Source of the DNA: Flavobacteriales bacterium
GTDB lineage: Bacteria; Bacteroidota; Bacteroidia; Flavobacteriales_D; CAJJDF01
Assembly: GCA_965655625.1 (NCBI GenBank)
Contig: CBFHHA010000009.1
Location: 895-64,894 of the forward strand
Direction: 5' to 3'
Length of the DNA: 64,000 bases
In this document: positions 1 to 8,125 of the stretch, one piece after another
Layout: each line of letters begins with the position of its first letter
Numbering within the stretch: the stretch's first letter is position 1
Made by a program: the position numbers and the translations under genes
The notes under the pieces: model-generated
Seen by the model: only the letters and a program-made list of their open reading frames with translations
Database searches by the model: none
What the model was told of the DNA's origin: nothing

Positions 1-306
1 CCCACAGCTCTAATGAAACCTTTATCTGGTGGAGGCGCTCAAGGCATGATGGTAGATTCTTGGATTGCAGCAGAGAATACTTTGAACACAATGAATCCGA
101 GTAATACGATAAAAGGTCCAGATACTTTTTTAGGTCAATTAACCTCGGTGCTTCAAGGGTCTACGGAAACCACCTTTTATGTTCTTGCGGTATACTTTGG
201 TTCTGTAGGAATTAAAAATACTCGTTATGCTGCCACGGCAGGGCTATTAGCCGATTTTGTTGGAATCATTGCCGCCATTTTTATCACTTATTACTTTTTT
301 GGATAA
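1..306 (+). CDS. Nucleoside-recognition (Gate)/SpmB-like membrane protein, C-terminal part; 5' end lies outside the window
   Basis: The frame is open from base 1. The hydrophobic C-terminus (TETTFYVLAVYFGSVGIKNTRYA...IIAAIFITYYFF) resembles SpmA/SpmB-type membrane proteins. The TAA at 304-306 directly abuts the next ATG. Confidence 0.6.
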   Translation, partial: PTALMKPLSGGGAQGMMVDSWIAAENTLNTMNPSNTIKGPDTFLGQLTSVLQGSTETTFYVLAVYFGSVGIKNTRYAATAGLLADFVGIIAAIFITYYFFG

Positions 307-1293
307 ATGCAAAACAAGAGAGTCGCCATTTATAGAATGCCCAAGGAAACGGATTTTTATTCAATCGAATCTGATAAGCAATTAGCCATTAATTCTGTGA
401 GCTACGGGAACAACTTTTTCTTTTCTAATTTCGAGAATAATCTTACCTACTCATTTGACAATCCTCTTGTTAAAAAAAACAGTTGGCCTAGTTTTGTTCC
501 CTTCTATAAAGAAAATCAGAAAGAAATATCGATTGAAACTTACCGGGAAAAAATAGAGGAAATCACGAAACAAATTCAATCAAAGTCTTATCAAAAAATC
601 GTGTTTTCGCGAGTTAAAAACATAGAAAAAAAGAGCAATTTTGATGTACAGACGACTTTTGACTCTCTTTGTAAAAAGTACCCAGATGCGTTTATTTATT
701 GTGTTTCCTCACCAGAAACAGGAACTTGGATGGGAGCTACACCTGAGATTTTGGTCAAGCAAACAGGAAATACTTTGTCTACCGTATCGCTAGCTGGCAC
801 CAGGGTAGAACCTGTGCAATGGACTTCGAAAGAAAAATTAGAACAACAACTCGTAACCGATTACATTTCCAGCAAACTTGAGCCTTTTTCGGACAAACTA
901 ACTGTGAGTGAACCGTATGACCTGAATACTGGGACTGTAATTCATTTAAAATCCGATATTGACATTCAACTCAACTCTCACCATTCTATTTGGGATGTAG
1001 CCAAGTCCTTTCACCCTACGCCTGCGGTGTGTGGAATTCCGGCAAAAAAAGCCAAGTCATTTATTGAAGAAAATGAATCTCACCAAAGAGATTTGTACAC
1101 TGGATTTATTGGTCCCATTGGAATAAATTCTCACCGAACACTTTTTGTAAACCTGCGCTGTATGCAAATTGGAAAAAACAAAATCTCGCTGTATCTGGGC
1201 GGTGGAATTATGGGGGATTCCAATCCCGACAAAGAGTGGATAGAAACCGAGAATAAGGCAAAGACACTCTCGTCTGTTTTGGCAGAGATTTAA
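307..1293 (+). CDS. menF: Isochorismate synthase (menaquinone-type, short form)
   Basis: 328-aa ORF with C-terminal chorismate-binding signatures: FHPTPAVCGIP, DLYTGFIGP, FVNLRCMQI, LYLGGGIMGDSNPDKEWIETENK. Confidence 0.8.
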   Translation: MQNKRVAIYRMPKETDFYSIESDKQLAINSVSYGNNFFFSNFENNLTYSFDNPLVKKNSWPSFVPFYKENQKEISIETYREKIEEITKQIQSKSYQKIVFSRVKNIEKKSNFDVQTTFDSLCKKYPDAFIYCVSSPETGTWMGATPEILVKQTGNTLSTVSLAGTRVEPVQWTSKEKLEQQLVTDYISSKLEPFSDKLTVSEPYDLNTGTVIHLKSDIDIQLNSHHSIWDVAKSFHPTPAVCGIPAKKAKSFIEENESHQRDLYTGFIGPIGINSHRTLFVNLRCMQIGKNKISLYLGGGIMGDSNPDKEWIETENKAKTLSSVLAEI

Positions 1294-1391
1294 TTCTTTC
1301 GCTCAAATTGCATAGTTGGCGAGGCTTTTGTAATTTTTGTACTCGATTCCTGAAAAGATTATTCTTATATTTAAATCAAACAACTAAAAAC

Positions 1392-2051
1392 ATGCGACAC
1401 ATGAAACAAGTATTTTTCGTTATCCTATTGAGCTTTTTGTCACTTTCTGGCTTGGCCAAAGTAAGTTTTGAAGGCCAAATCGACTTCAAAATTTCTTACA
1501 AAAATTTACCTGAAGAAATGGGCATGTACAAAGCTATGCTCCCAAAAAAATCGAGAGTATTGATAAAAAATGAGTGGAGTAAAATTCAACAAAACATGGG
1601 TGTTTTGATGAAAATGGATGTGATTTTTAATTCCAAAACAAATGCTTCGTTGATGCTAATAAATGCAATGGGCAAAAAAATAGCTGTGGAAACAAAAGAT
1701 ACAACTAAAAAAATAGATCCGAATTTATTTACTTTGACAAAAAAAGATGACATAAAAATTATTGCCGGTTATAAATGCCAAAAAAACATCTTGACGGACA
1801 CCGCAAATAATTCATACGTATTGTGGATAACGGATAAACTACCTAGTTACAAAAATCAAAATCTACCAGACATCGATTTGGGAGGATTTCCCATGGAGTA
1901 CAGCATCGAAAATAATGGAATGAGTGTAAAAATGACAGCCTCCAAAGTGGTAGAAAAAGAAATTTCTGATTCGGAATTTAGGATTCCTGATGGTTACGAA
2001 AAGAAAACCGCAGAGGAAATGGGAGAATTAATGCAAGGAATGAAATTTTAA
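1392..2051 (+). CDS. Secreted hypothetical protein (possibly DUF4412-like)
   Basis: The ORF track gives 1308-2051. I prefer ATG 1392 (or 1401), which yields the signal peptide MRHMKQVFFVILLSFLSLSGLA. No catalytic motif was recognised, and the family guess is from memory only. Confidence 0.55.
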   Translation: MRHMKQVFFVILLSFLSLSGLAKVSFEGQIDFKISYKNLPEEMGMYKAMLPKKSRVLIKNEWSKIQQNMGVLMKMDVIFNSKTNASLMLINAMGKKIAVETKDTTKKIDPNLFTLTKKDDIKIIAGYKCQKNILTDTANNSYVLWITDKLPSYKNQNLPDIDLGGFPMEYSIENNGMSVKMTASKVVEKEISDSEFRIPDGYEKKTAEEMGELMQGMKF

Positions 2052-2060
2052 AAGACGTGG

Positions 2061-3059
2061 TTAGCTAAGGAAAAAGTAATCAGTATTGGGCGTTTGATTC
2101 ATGGAATCAAGCGCCTTTTTTATTTCCTTTTGCGCCTCTTTATTTCTTATCGCTATCAAAATTTGCGGACCAATTTTCTTTAATAGGCGCTTCTCTGATT
2201 CCAACTTTTTTCCATAAATATCTTTGCCGATTTTATTCGGATTATTGGTAACCCAACTAAAATCTTGGTTTTGTTCAATTAAAAAAGCAGCCAATTCTTT
2301 TCCCTTTTTGCCAGCACCCCAAAGGGTTAATTCTCGAGCAGAATCTCGATGTAATTCAAAAAAGTAGGTCATTTTAACGGGAAGAAAAAAATTATCGGAA
2401 TAATGTTCGTCTGTTCGAGAAGTTCGGGTCGAGTAATCTCTCCAAGAATGAATAACTTGTGGGATTGAGGCGATCTTTAATTGATGTTTCATCATCCTAA
2501 AGGCTAATTCATAATCTTCTGGATATATAGTAGAATCAAACCTTTCAATCTTTTCAAAATCTTCTTTGAACATCATCCAGCTGGGAGATGGAATAACACA
2601 TTCTTTATAAATTTCATCAAAATTTGTTTCGTTTACTGTTAATTTATTCAACCATTCTTGGTAGTAGAAATAGCCGTCCCCTATTCCATTTTCGGCAAAA
2701 TATTCTACCAATCCGACCGCTACAAATCCTTTTCCTTTTTCCTGTAGTTTTTTCACCATCAATGAAATTTTATCCACTTTCATGATGTCATCCGCATCCA
2801 TTCTTGTGATGAGATCGCCCCGAGATTTAGAATATCCAAGCTGCAGAGCGGCAATTATTCCCTTTCCTTGGTTAGCGCAAATTGTTATTCTCGAATCTTT
2901 CTCGCAGTATTCTTTCAACACAGCAGCTGTGTTGTCCGTTGAGTGATCGTTTATGATAATTAACTCCCAATCAGAGTAAGTTTGATTCAAAATTGAATCC
3001 AAACATTCTTGCAAAAATGGGTCGCCATTTCTGACAGGGATAAGAATAGAAACTTTCAA
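2061..3059 (-). CDS. Family 2 glycosyltransferase
   Basis: GT-A fold motifs: VSILIPVRNG, NQTYSDWELIIINDHSTDNT, and the DxD-like RMDADD. Confidence 0.85.
   Translation of the reverse strand: MKVSILIPVRNGDPFLQECLDSILNQTYSDWELIIINDHSTDNTAAVLKEYCEKDSRITICANQGKGIIAALQLGYSKSRGDLITRMDADDIMKVDKISLMVKKLQEKGKGFVAVGLVEYFAENGIGDGYFYYQEWLNKLTVNETNFDEIYKECVIPSPSWMMFKEDFEKIERFDSTIYPEDYELAFRMMKHQLKIASIPQVIHSWRDYSTRTSRTDEHYSDNFFLPVKMTYFFELHRDSARELTLWGAGKKGKELAAFLIEQNQDFSWVTNNPNKIGKDIYGKKLESEKRLLKKIGPQILIAIRNKEAQKEIKKALDSMNQTPNTDYFFLS
2089..2121 (+). terminator. Rho-independent terminator for the 1392-2051 gene, embedded in the 3' end of the convergent GT2 gene
   Basis: 12-bp stem GGCGTTTGATTC / GAATCAAGCGCC (one G-U pair), 3-nt loop ATG, then T6 (2116-2121). 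It sits 38 nt after the + strand stop codon. Confidence 0.65.
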
Positions 3060-3165
3060 TTGGTTTGAGTTGGATTTTCTTAAAAGTACATAGATTGGTA
3101 ATATTTTCCTTTAAACTAGCGAACAAAAATCTCTTGCCAAAATATGAAGCTCGTTTGTAATGGTT

Positions 3166-4206
3166 TTAATCAACAAGAACTCCACCTACTACATCCTTCT
3201 TTGCTCCGGTTACGGATGATAGACAATTCGGGATACTTTCCATTTTCAATACACCTAAAAAAGCAAAAATCAATGCTTCCTTAAATTCTATTAATTCTTT
3301 GTTGGCAGAAACAATAGTTGCTTGGCTGTAAGTTTTTATTTTACTTATCAAAAATTCGTTGTAGGCTCCACCTCCTGTAATCAACACTTTGGATTTGGGT
3401 GTTAAGAAACTCGCAATGCACTGCGCTATATACTCCGTTAAGGTGGCTAGTTTGGTTTCTGCTATCGAATTACTTTTTTCTACAATCGGTAACAAGAATC
3501 CTTGGTACTGTTCGTTTCCAAGGGACTTTCCTTCAAAATCTAATTCTTGCAGCTTCCAGAGCAATTGAGGATTTACGACACCTTGTTTGGCTAGATTTCC
3601 TTTGTCGTCAAACTCGTGCCCCATTTCTAGTGCCAATGGGTTCAAAGCCATATTTGCAATACAAATATCTTGCGCTTTTCTTACTCCGTTTTGTTGGTAA
3701 GAAACATTGGCAATTCCACCTATATTTACACAGAAATCATAGTCGGAAAAGAGTAATTCATCTCCAATAGGAACCAAAGGAGCACCTTGGCCTCCAGCTC
3801 GTACATCAGCAGTTCTGAAGTCGTTAATAACGGGAAGATTCAACCTGTTTTTTATTGCTTTTCCATTTCCTATCTGGAGAGTGAAACCATTTTCGGGTTG
3901 GTGAAAAACCGTGTGGCCATGAGAGGCTACAAAATCGACATTGTTTAGCTTTCTTTCTTGAATGAATTGACATGTTTCTTGGCCTATAAATTGACCAAAT
4001 TCTATGCTCAATGCCTCAATTACTTGCTCATTAAGTGTGTGAGCATTTCTCAATTTATACTTCCATTCATTGGAGTACTTTACCATTTTGGAATCTTTCA
4101 ATTGAAAAGTCCAATTTCCCGATTCAAACGCAAATCGGCAAAAAGCCAAATCCAACCCATCACAGGATGTGCCAGACATAATACCAATTGCATTGTACTC
4201 TTTCAT
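3166..4206 (-). CDS. anmK: Anhydro-N-acetylmuramic acid kinase
   Basis: N-terminal GIMSGTSCDGLDLA motif. The 346-aa length and overall pattern are typical of AnmK. Confidence 0.9.
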   Translation of the reverse strand: MKEYNAIGIMSGTSCDGLDLAFCRFAFESGNWTFQLKDSKMVKYSNEWKYKLRNAHTLNEQVIEALSIEFGQFIGQETCQFIQERKLNNVDFVASHGHTVFHQPENGFTLQIGNGKAIKNRLNLPVINDFRTADVRAGGQGAPLVPIGDELLFSDYDFCVNIGGIANVSYQQNGVRKAQDICIANMALNPLALEMGHEFDDKGNLAKQGVVNPQLLWKLQELDFEGKSLGNEQYQGFLLPIVEKSNSIAETKLATLTEYIAQCIASFLTPKSKVLITGGGAYNEFLISKIKTYSQATIVSANKELIEFKEALIFAFLGVLKMESIPNCLSSVTGAKKDVVGGVLVD

Positions 4207-4239
4207 AAAGCTGAACTAAAGTAGAAAGTTACAAAGATT

Positions 4240-4875
4240 TTAGATAAGAAAGTGCGTCTTTACAAGATTGATTAGAGCCGAAATAATATATTCCACTCCA
4301 ATAGAAATAACTACAAACCCGATAATTCTGGACAAACCATTGATTCCAGAAGCTCCCATTTTCCTCACAATTAGATGAGCAGACTTTAGAATGGCGTAAA
4401 TCAGAATTGTAGCAAACAGCATAGCTCCAATTAGAACAAACTTCTCGGAAGTCAAGCTATAAGCTTGATTATAAGTAATAAGCAAAGAAATTGTTCCTGG
4501 TCCGGCTAGCATAGGAATAGCAAGTGGCGTAAGGGTGATTTCGGACCTTTTCTGAATATCGTTTTCTACTTTTTTTCTTTTCATTCCTTTGTGTTCGGCA
4601 AATTTTCAGGTAGGCAAGGTAAATCCAGAAGAAGCGATTATCAAGCCACCTGCTATTTTCAACGAATTGATTCCGATTCCAAAAAAAACTAATAAGTACT
4701 TTCCTAAAAAGAAAGAGATGAGCAAAATTACGAGGACATTAACAGCGGTCCAAAAAGCGATAATTCCTTTTTCTTTGGAGGTATTATCTTGGGTGAGTCC
4801 CACAAAAACTGGCACCGTTCCTAGCGGATTCATGATAGAGAAGAGAGCACCAAACGAGAGAATAAATAGTACCAT
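4240..4875 (-). pseudogene. marC: MarC-family integral membrane protein interrupted by one in-frame TGA (4606-4608)
   Basis: ORFs 4606-4875 and 4240-4584 are in the same frame. They are separated only by a TGA plus 7 sense codons (K F A E H K G) before an internal ATG. The N-half carries FSIMNPLGTVPVF and the C-half carries PLAIPMLAGPGTIS. The joined length of 211 codons equals a normal MarC protein. Confidence 0.65.
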
Positions 4876-5151
4876 TTCCTTTTTTTTGCAAAGGAAAGCG
4901 ATTTTTCTGAAGGCAAGTTTGGACCGTTTAAATGATATTCAATTGGGTAAAATAAACACACACACACCACAAAAGAAATGAGGTAATTAAGTGTTGTTTT
5001 CTTTTTCAAAAACTCTATGAAAGGATGATTCTGCTGGTTTACGGTCATAGAAAACGAAAGTACAAATAAAGTGGATTAGGAAAAAATCAAAAGAACTTCT
5101 TCGCATTTCAATTTTTACAATTATGCCCTTTACATTTAATGAACAAAACCG

Positions 5152-5159
5152 TACATTTG
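5152..5159 (+). promoter_or_regulatory. Candidate Bacteroidota -7 promoter box (TAcaTTTG) for the acyl-CoA dehydrogenase gene
   Basis: Exact match to TAnnTTTG, 20 nt upstream of ATG 5180. It lies downstream of the alternative ATG at 5123, which argues for the 5180 start. Confidence 0.4.
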
Positions 5160-5179
5160 AAACGGAAAAAAAACAAACT

Positions 5180-6319
5180 ATGAATTTCGAATTATCAGAA
5201 GAGCAATTGGCAGTACAACAAGCTGCGAGAGATTTCGCTCAAAACTCTTGTTTACCAGGAGTAATTGAGAGAGACAGAGAACAAAGATTCCCAGCAGAAC
5301 AAATCAAAGAACTTGGTGAACTTGGTTTTATGGGAATGATGACAAGTCCCGAGAACGGAGGAAGTGGAATGGATACGATTTCCTATGCTATTGCGATGGA
5401 AGAGATATCAAAAGTAGATGCAAGTACTTCGGTGGTAGTATCTGTGAATAATTCACTTGTATGCTACGGACTGGAGCAATACGGAACAGAAGAGCAAAAG
5501 AAAAAATACTTAGTTCCCTTGGCAAAAGGTGAAAAAATTGGAGCATTTTGTTTGTCTGAGCCAGAAGCTGGATCGGATGCTACATCCCAAAGAACTACGG
5601 CTATTGACATGGGAGACCATTATTTATTGAATGGAACTAAAAACTGGATTACCAACGGTAATTCTGCTTCTACCTACTTGGTAATTGCACAAACAGATGC
5701 AGACAAAGGCCACAAAGGAATTAATGCGCTTATCGTGGAAAAAGGAATGCCAGGATTTGAAGTAGGTGCCAAAGAAGATAAGCTTGGAATCAGAGGAAGT
5801 GATACTCATACTTTGACTTTCAATGACGTGAAAGTGCCAAAAGAGAATAGAATCGGAGAAGATGGATTCGGATTCAAATTTGCAATGAAAACCTTGTCTG
5901 GTGGAAGAATTGGAATCGCAGCTCAAGCACTAGGAATTGCTGCAGGAGCTTATGAATTGGCGTTAAAATATTCGAAAGAAAGAGAAACTTTCGGAAAACC
6001 GATTCACCAACACCAAGCCATTGCTTTTAAATTGGCTGATATGGCCACAGAAATAGAAGCTGCCAGATTATTGGTGTACAAGGCCGCTTGGTTGAAAGAC
6101 CAAGGAATGAACTATGACGAAGCATCTGCGATGGCAAAATTATATGCCAGCAAAGTAGCTATGGATGTGACTGTGGAAGCTGTTCAAGTACATGGAGGTT
6201 ACGGGTTCGTAAAAGAATACCACGTAGAAAGATTGATGAGAGATGCCAAAATCACACAGATTTATGAAGGAACCTCCGAAATTCAAAAAATAGTAATTTC
6301 GAGAAGTGTGTTGAAATAA
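5180..6319 (+). CDS. Acyl-CoA dehydrogenase (short/branched-chain type)
   Basis: Starts MNFELSEEQ, as in butyryl-CoA dehydrogenase-like proteins. Also has GAFCLSEPEAGSD, and YEGTSEIQ near the C-terminus. The ORF track start at 5123 adds 19 atypical residues. Confidence 0.9.
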   Translation: MNFELSEEQLAVQQAARDFAQNSCLPGVIERDREQRFPAEQIKELGELGFMGMMTSPENGGSGMDTISYAIAMEEISKVDASTSVVVSVNNSLVCYGLEQYGTEEQKKKYLVPLAKGEKIGAFCLSEPEAGSDATSQRTTAIDMGDHYLLNGTKNWITNGNSASTYLVIAQTDADKGHKGINALIVEKGMPGFEVGAKEDKLGIRGSDTHTLTFNDVKVPKENRIGEDGFGFKFAMKTLSGGRIGIAAQALGIAAGAYELALKYSKERETFGKPIHQHQAIAFKLADMATEIEAARLLVYKAAWLKDQGMNYDEASAMAKLYASKVAMDVTVEAVQVHGGYGFVKEYHVERLMRDAKITQIYEGTSEIQKIVISRSVLK

Positions 6320-6345
6320 AACATTGTTAATCACGTTCTTTTAAC

Positions 6346-6373
6346 TGTCATTCCGGACTTGATCCGGCATCTC
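6346..6373 (-). repeat. REP-like hairpin unit, family A, copy 1 (inverted orientation)
   Basis: Sequence TGTCATTCCGGACTTGATCCGGCATCTC. The stem is CCGGA/TCCGG with a 5-nt loop. It matches the reverse complement of copy 2 at 21 of 28 positions. Confidence 0.7.
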
Positions 6374-6404
6374 TACACATTGAAATATTACAAAAGCTAA
6401 CGTG

Positions 6405-6448
6405 AAATATTCTCTATGAGATCTTGAATCAAGTTCAGGATGACAATG
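6405..6448 (+). repeat. REP-like hairpin unit, family A, copy 2
   Basis: Sequence AAATATTCTCTATGAGATCTTGAATCAAGTTCAGGATGACAATG. The stem is 6421-6428 / 6434-6441 (one G-U pair) with loop TCAAG. It is near-identical to the 8061-8104 copy. Confidence 0.75.
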
Positions 6449-6471
6449 AATATAATTAATTATCACAAACC

Positions 6472-6499
6472 AAAATCCCGACAATCATCGGGATTTTTT
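6472..6499 (+). terminator. Rho-independent terminator downstream of the acyl-CoA dehydrogenase gene
   Basis: 10-bp perfect stem AAAATCCCGA / TCGGGATTTT with loop CAATCA, running into a T-tract (6494-6499). It sits 22 nt before the LOG gene ATG. Confidence 0.7.
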
Positions 6500-6521
6500 A
6501 TGAACTAAAAACTTTGAAAAA

Positions 6522-7211
6522 ATGGGAAGAAAGGTAGAAAACAAAGAATGGAATGAAATCAAAACGAACGATAGCTGGGCGATTTTCAAAATCATGGCTG
6601 AATTTGTAGAAGGATACGAGAAGTTAGCTAAAATTGGGCCTTGCGTTTCCGTATTTGGCTCGGCACGAACAAATGAGAACAATAAGTATTACAAAATGGC
6701 GGAAGAAGTTTCTTATTTACTCACACAAAATAATTACGGGGTGATTACAGGCGGTGGTCCAGGAATTATGGAAGCCGGTAATAGAGGAGCAAGACGTGGT
6801 GCTGGAATATCAGTAGGATTGAATATCGAGCTGCCTTTTGAACAGTCCTCAAATCCTTACATTGACGGGGACAAATCGATTGATTTTGATTATTTCTTTG
6901 TTCGTAAGGTGATGTTTGTAAAATATGCTCAAGGATTTATCGCGCTGCCAGGTGGGTTTGGAACAATGGATGAATTGTTTGAAGCTCTTACCCTTATACA
7001 GACCAAGAAAATTGGTCGCTTCCCTATTATCTTGATGGGATCAGATTACTGGGGTGGAATGATTCACTGGATAAAAAACACCATGCTAAACGAAGAACAA
7101 AACATTAGCACGGAAGACATGGATTACATGCAAATAGTAGATACGCCCCAAGAAGCTGTAGATATTATTAACGATTTTTACAACAAAAATAAGCTACAGC
7201 CTAATTTTTAA
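6522..7211 (+). CDS. LOG family (TIGR00730-type) Rossmann-fold nucleotide phosphoribohydrolase
   Basis: Motifs VFGSAR, GGGPGIMEAGNRGA and PGGFGTMDELFEALTLIQT are diagnostic of the LOG / lysine-decarboxylase-like family. Confidence 0.9.
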   Translation: MGRKVENKEWNEIKTNDSWAIFKIMAEFVEGYEKLAKIGPCVSVFGSARTNENNKYYKMAEEVSYLLTQNNYGVITGGGPGIMEAGNRGARRGAGISVGLNIELPFEQSSNPYIDGDKSIDFDYFFVRKVMFVKYAQGFIALPGGFGTMDELFEALTLIQTKKIGRFPIILMGSDYWGGMIHWIKNTMLNEEQNISTEDMDYMQIVDTPQEAVDIINDFYNKNKLQPNF

Positions 7212-7489
7212 ATTTATGCGGTAATGAGTAGATAAAAAATAATGAGATAACAAATTAAAAATGACACTTTTAAAAAGAACTATCTGCTTAGACTGAATTA
7301 TTAATTAGTTTATGTACTCCCCAATTAATCAAGCAACTATAAAAGAAAACGAAAGCACACTAGATAATGTAACCCAATATCGGTTCAGAATTTTATAGCA
7401 AAGCACCCCATGCACAAAATACAATGTTACTCAATATGCTTTAAAAAAGGCTCAATTTGTTATTTATGACCGTAATTTTCGATGTTTTT

Positions 7490-7981
7490 TTACAACCAAC
7501 TTCCCTCAATTGGTCTTTCCCAGTCCGAAAGAAACTCGGCTTTAGAGGTTATCAGTCCATTGTAAAAAAGTGTTGAACTAGGTATTTCTTCGGAATTAAG
7601 TTTCCTTCTTAATTCAATAAAAGGTAATGTTTCTATCTTTCCATTTTGGTTTATAGCGACCAACATTCTGTCCATTAATTGCAATCCAAGAATTTGTTCC
7701 AATTCTTGGATAAACTTAACCGAACCATCTTGCGCTCTTCCACACATGGTATCGCCTTCTGTATCGGCAAAAATGGCAATAAATCTATTATTGATAATTT
7801 GAAATGCTCCTTTCACCAATTTCCCATGTGAATCCCATTGAGATAGAAATACTTGCGCATATTTTTCAATATCAGCAACTTGTGATTCTGTGAATTCTTG
7901 GTTACTGGTGTACACCCAAGCTTTTGCCTGGTTGTCAATTTCAATAAAGTCCGTTCCTATATGTGTGATTGTTGCTATCAT
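7490..7981 (-). CDS. Conserved hypothetical protein, function unknown
   Basis: Clean 163-aa ORF with no signal peptide and no motif I can name. It lies downstream of the Fe-S gene cluster on the same strand, separated from it by a family A repeat. Confidence 0.6.
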   Translation of the reverse strand: MIATITHIGTDFIEIDNQAKAWVYTSNQEFTESQVADIEKYAQVFLSQWDSHGKLVKGAFQIINNRFIAIFADTEGDTMCGRAQDGSVKFIQELEQILGLQLMDRMLVAINQNGKIETLPFIELRRKLNSEEIPSSTLFYNGLITSKAEFLSDWERPIEGSWL

Positions 7982-8060
7982 TCAAATATGTTTTATTCTA
8001 AATCAGTTTCCTTACATTTCTTTCAAGGTTTTTATTTGCTGAATTACAACCAATTATATA

Positions 8061-8104
8061 AAATACTCTCTATGTGATCCTGAATCAAGTTCAGGATGAA
8101 ATTG
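8061..8104 (+). repeat. REP-like hairpin unit, family A, copy 3
   Basis: Sequence AAATACTCTCTATGTGATCCTGAATCAAGTTCAGGATGAAATTG. Perfect 8-bp stem ATCCTGAA / TTCAGGAT (8077-8084 / 8090-8097) with loop TCAAG. Confidence 0.75.
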
Positions 8105-8125
8105 AAAAAAATATAAACTCAGAAT

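Noticed and set aside
3399-4224. Plus-strand ORFs 3399-3770 and 3958-4224 opposite anmK
   Set aside because: These are shadow ORFs within a confidently identified gene. Their translations have no recognisable features.
4606-4608. TGA in marC as selenocysteine or a reassigned codon
   Set aside because: TGA terminates other genes in the window, for example at 62456-62458 and 41057-41059. I see no convincing stem-loop immediately downstream on the minus strand. The site also lies in a loop with no conserved Cys in MarC as I recall it.
4958-4970. (CA)n microsatellite in the marC / acd divergent spacer
   Set aside because: It has only about five units, is too short to argue for slippage-based regulation, and is not positioned between recognisable promoter elements.
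5123-5179. Upstream ATG 5123 as the acyl-CoA dehydrogenase start
   Set aside because: The extra 19 residues (MPFTFNEQNRTFETEKKQT) are atypical for the family. In addition, a TAnnTTTG box at 5152-5159 lies downstream of that ATG.
6346-6448. The palindromic composite as a MITE or IS remnant
   Set aside because: There is no target-site duplication at the ends and no transposase gene in the window. The arms are individually found as single hairpin units elsewhere. I kept it as a REP-like repeat instead.
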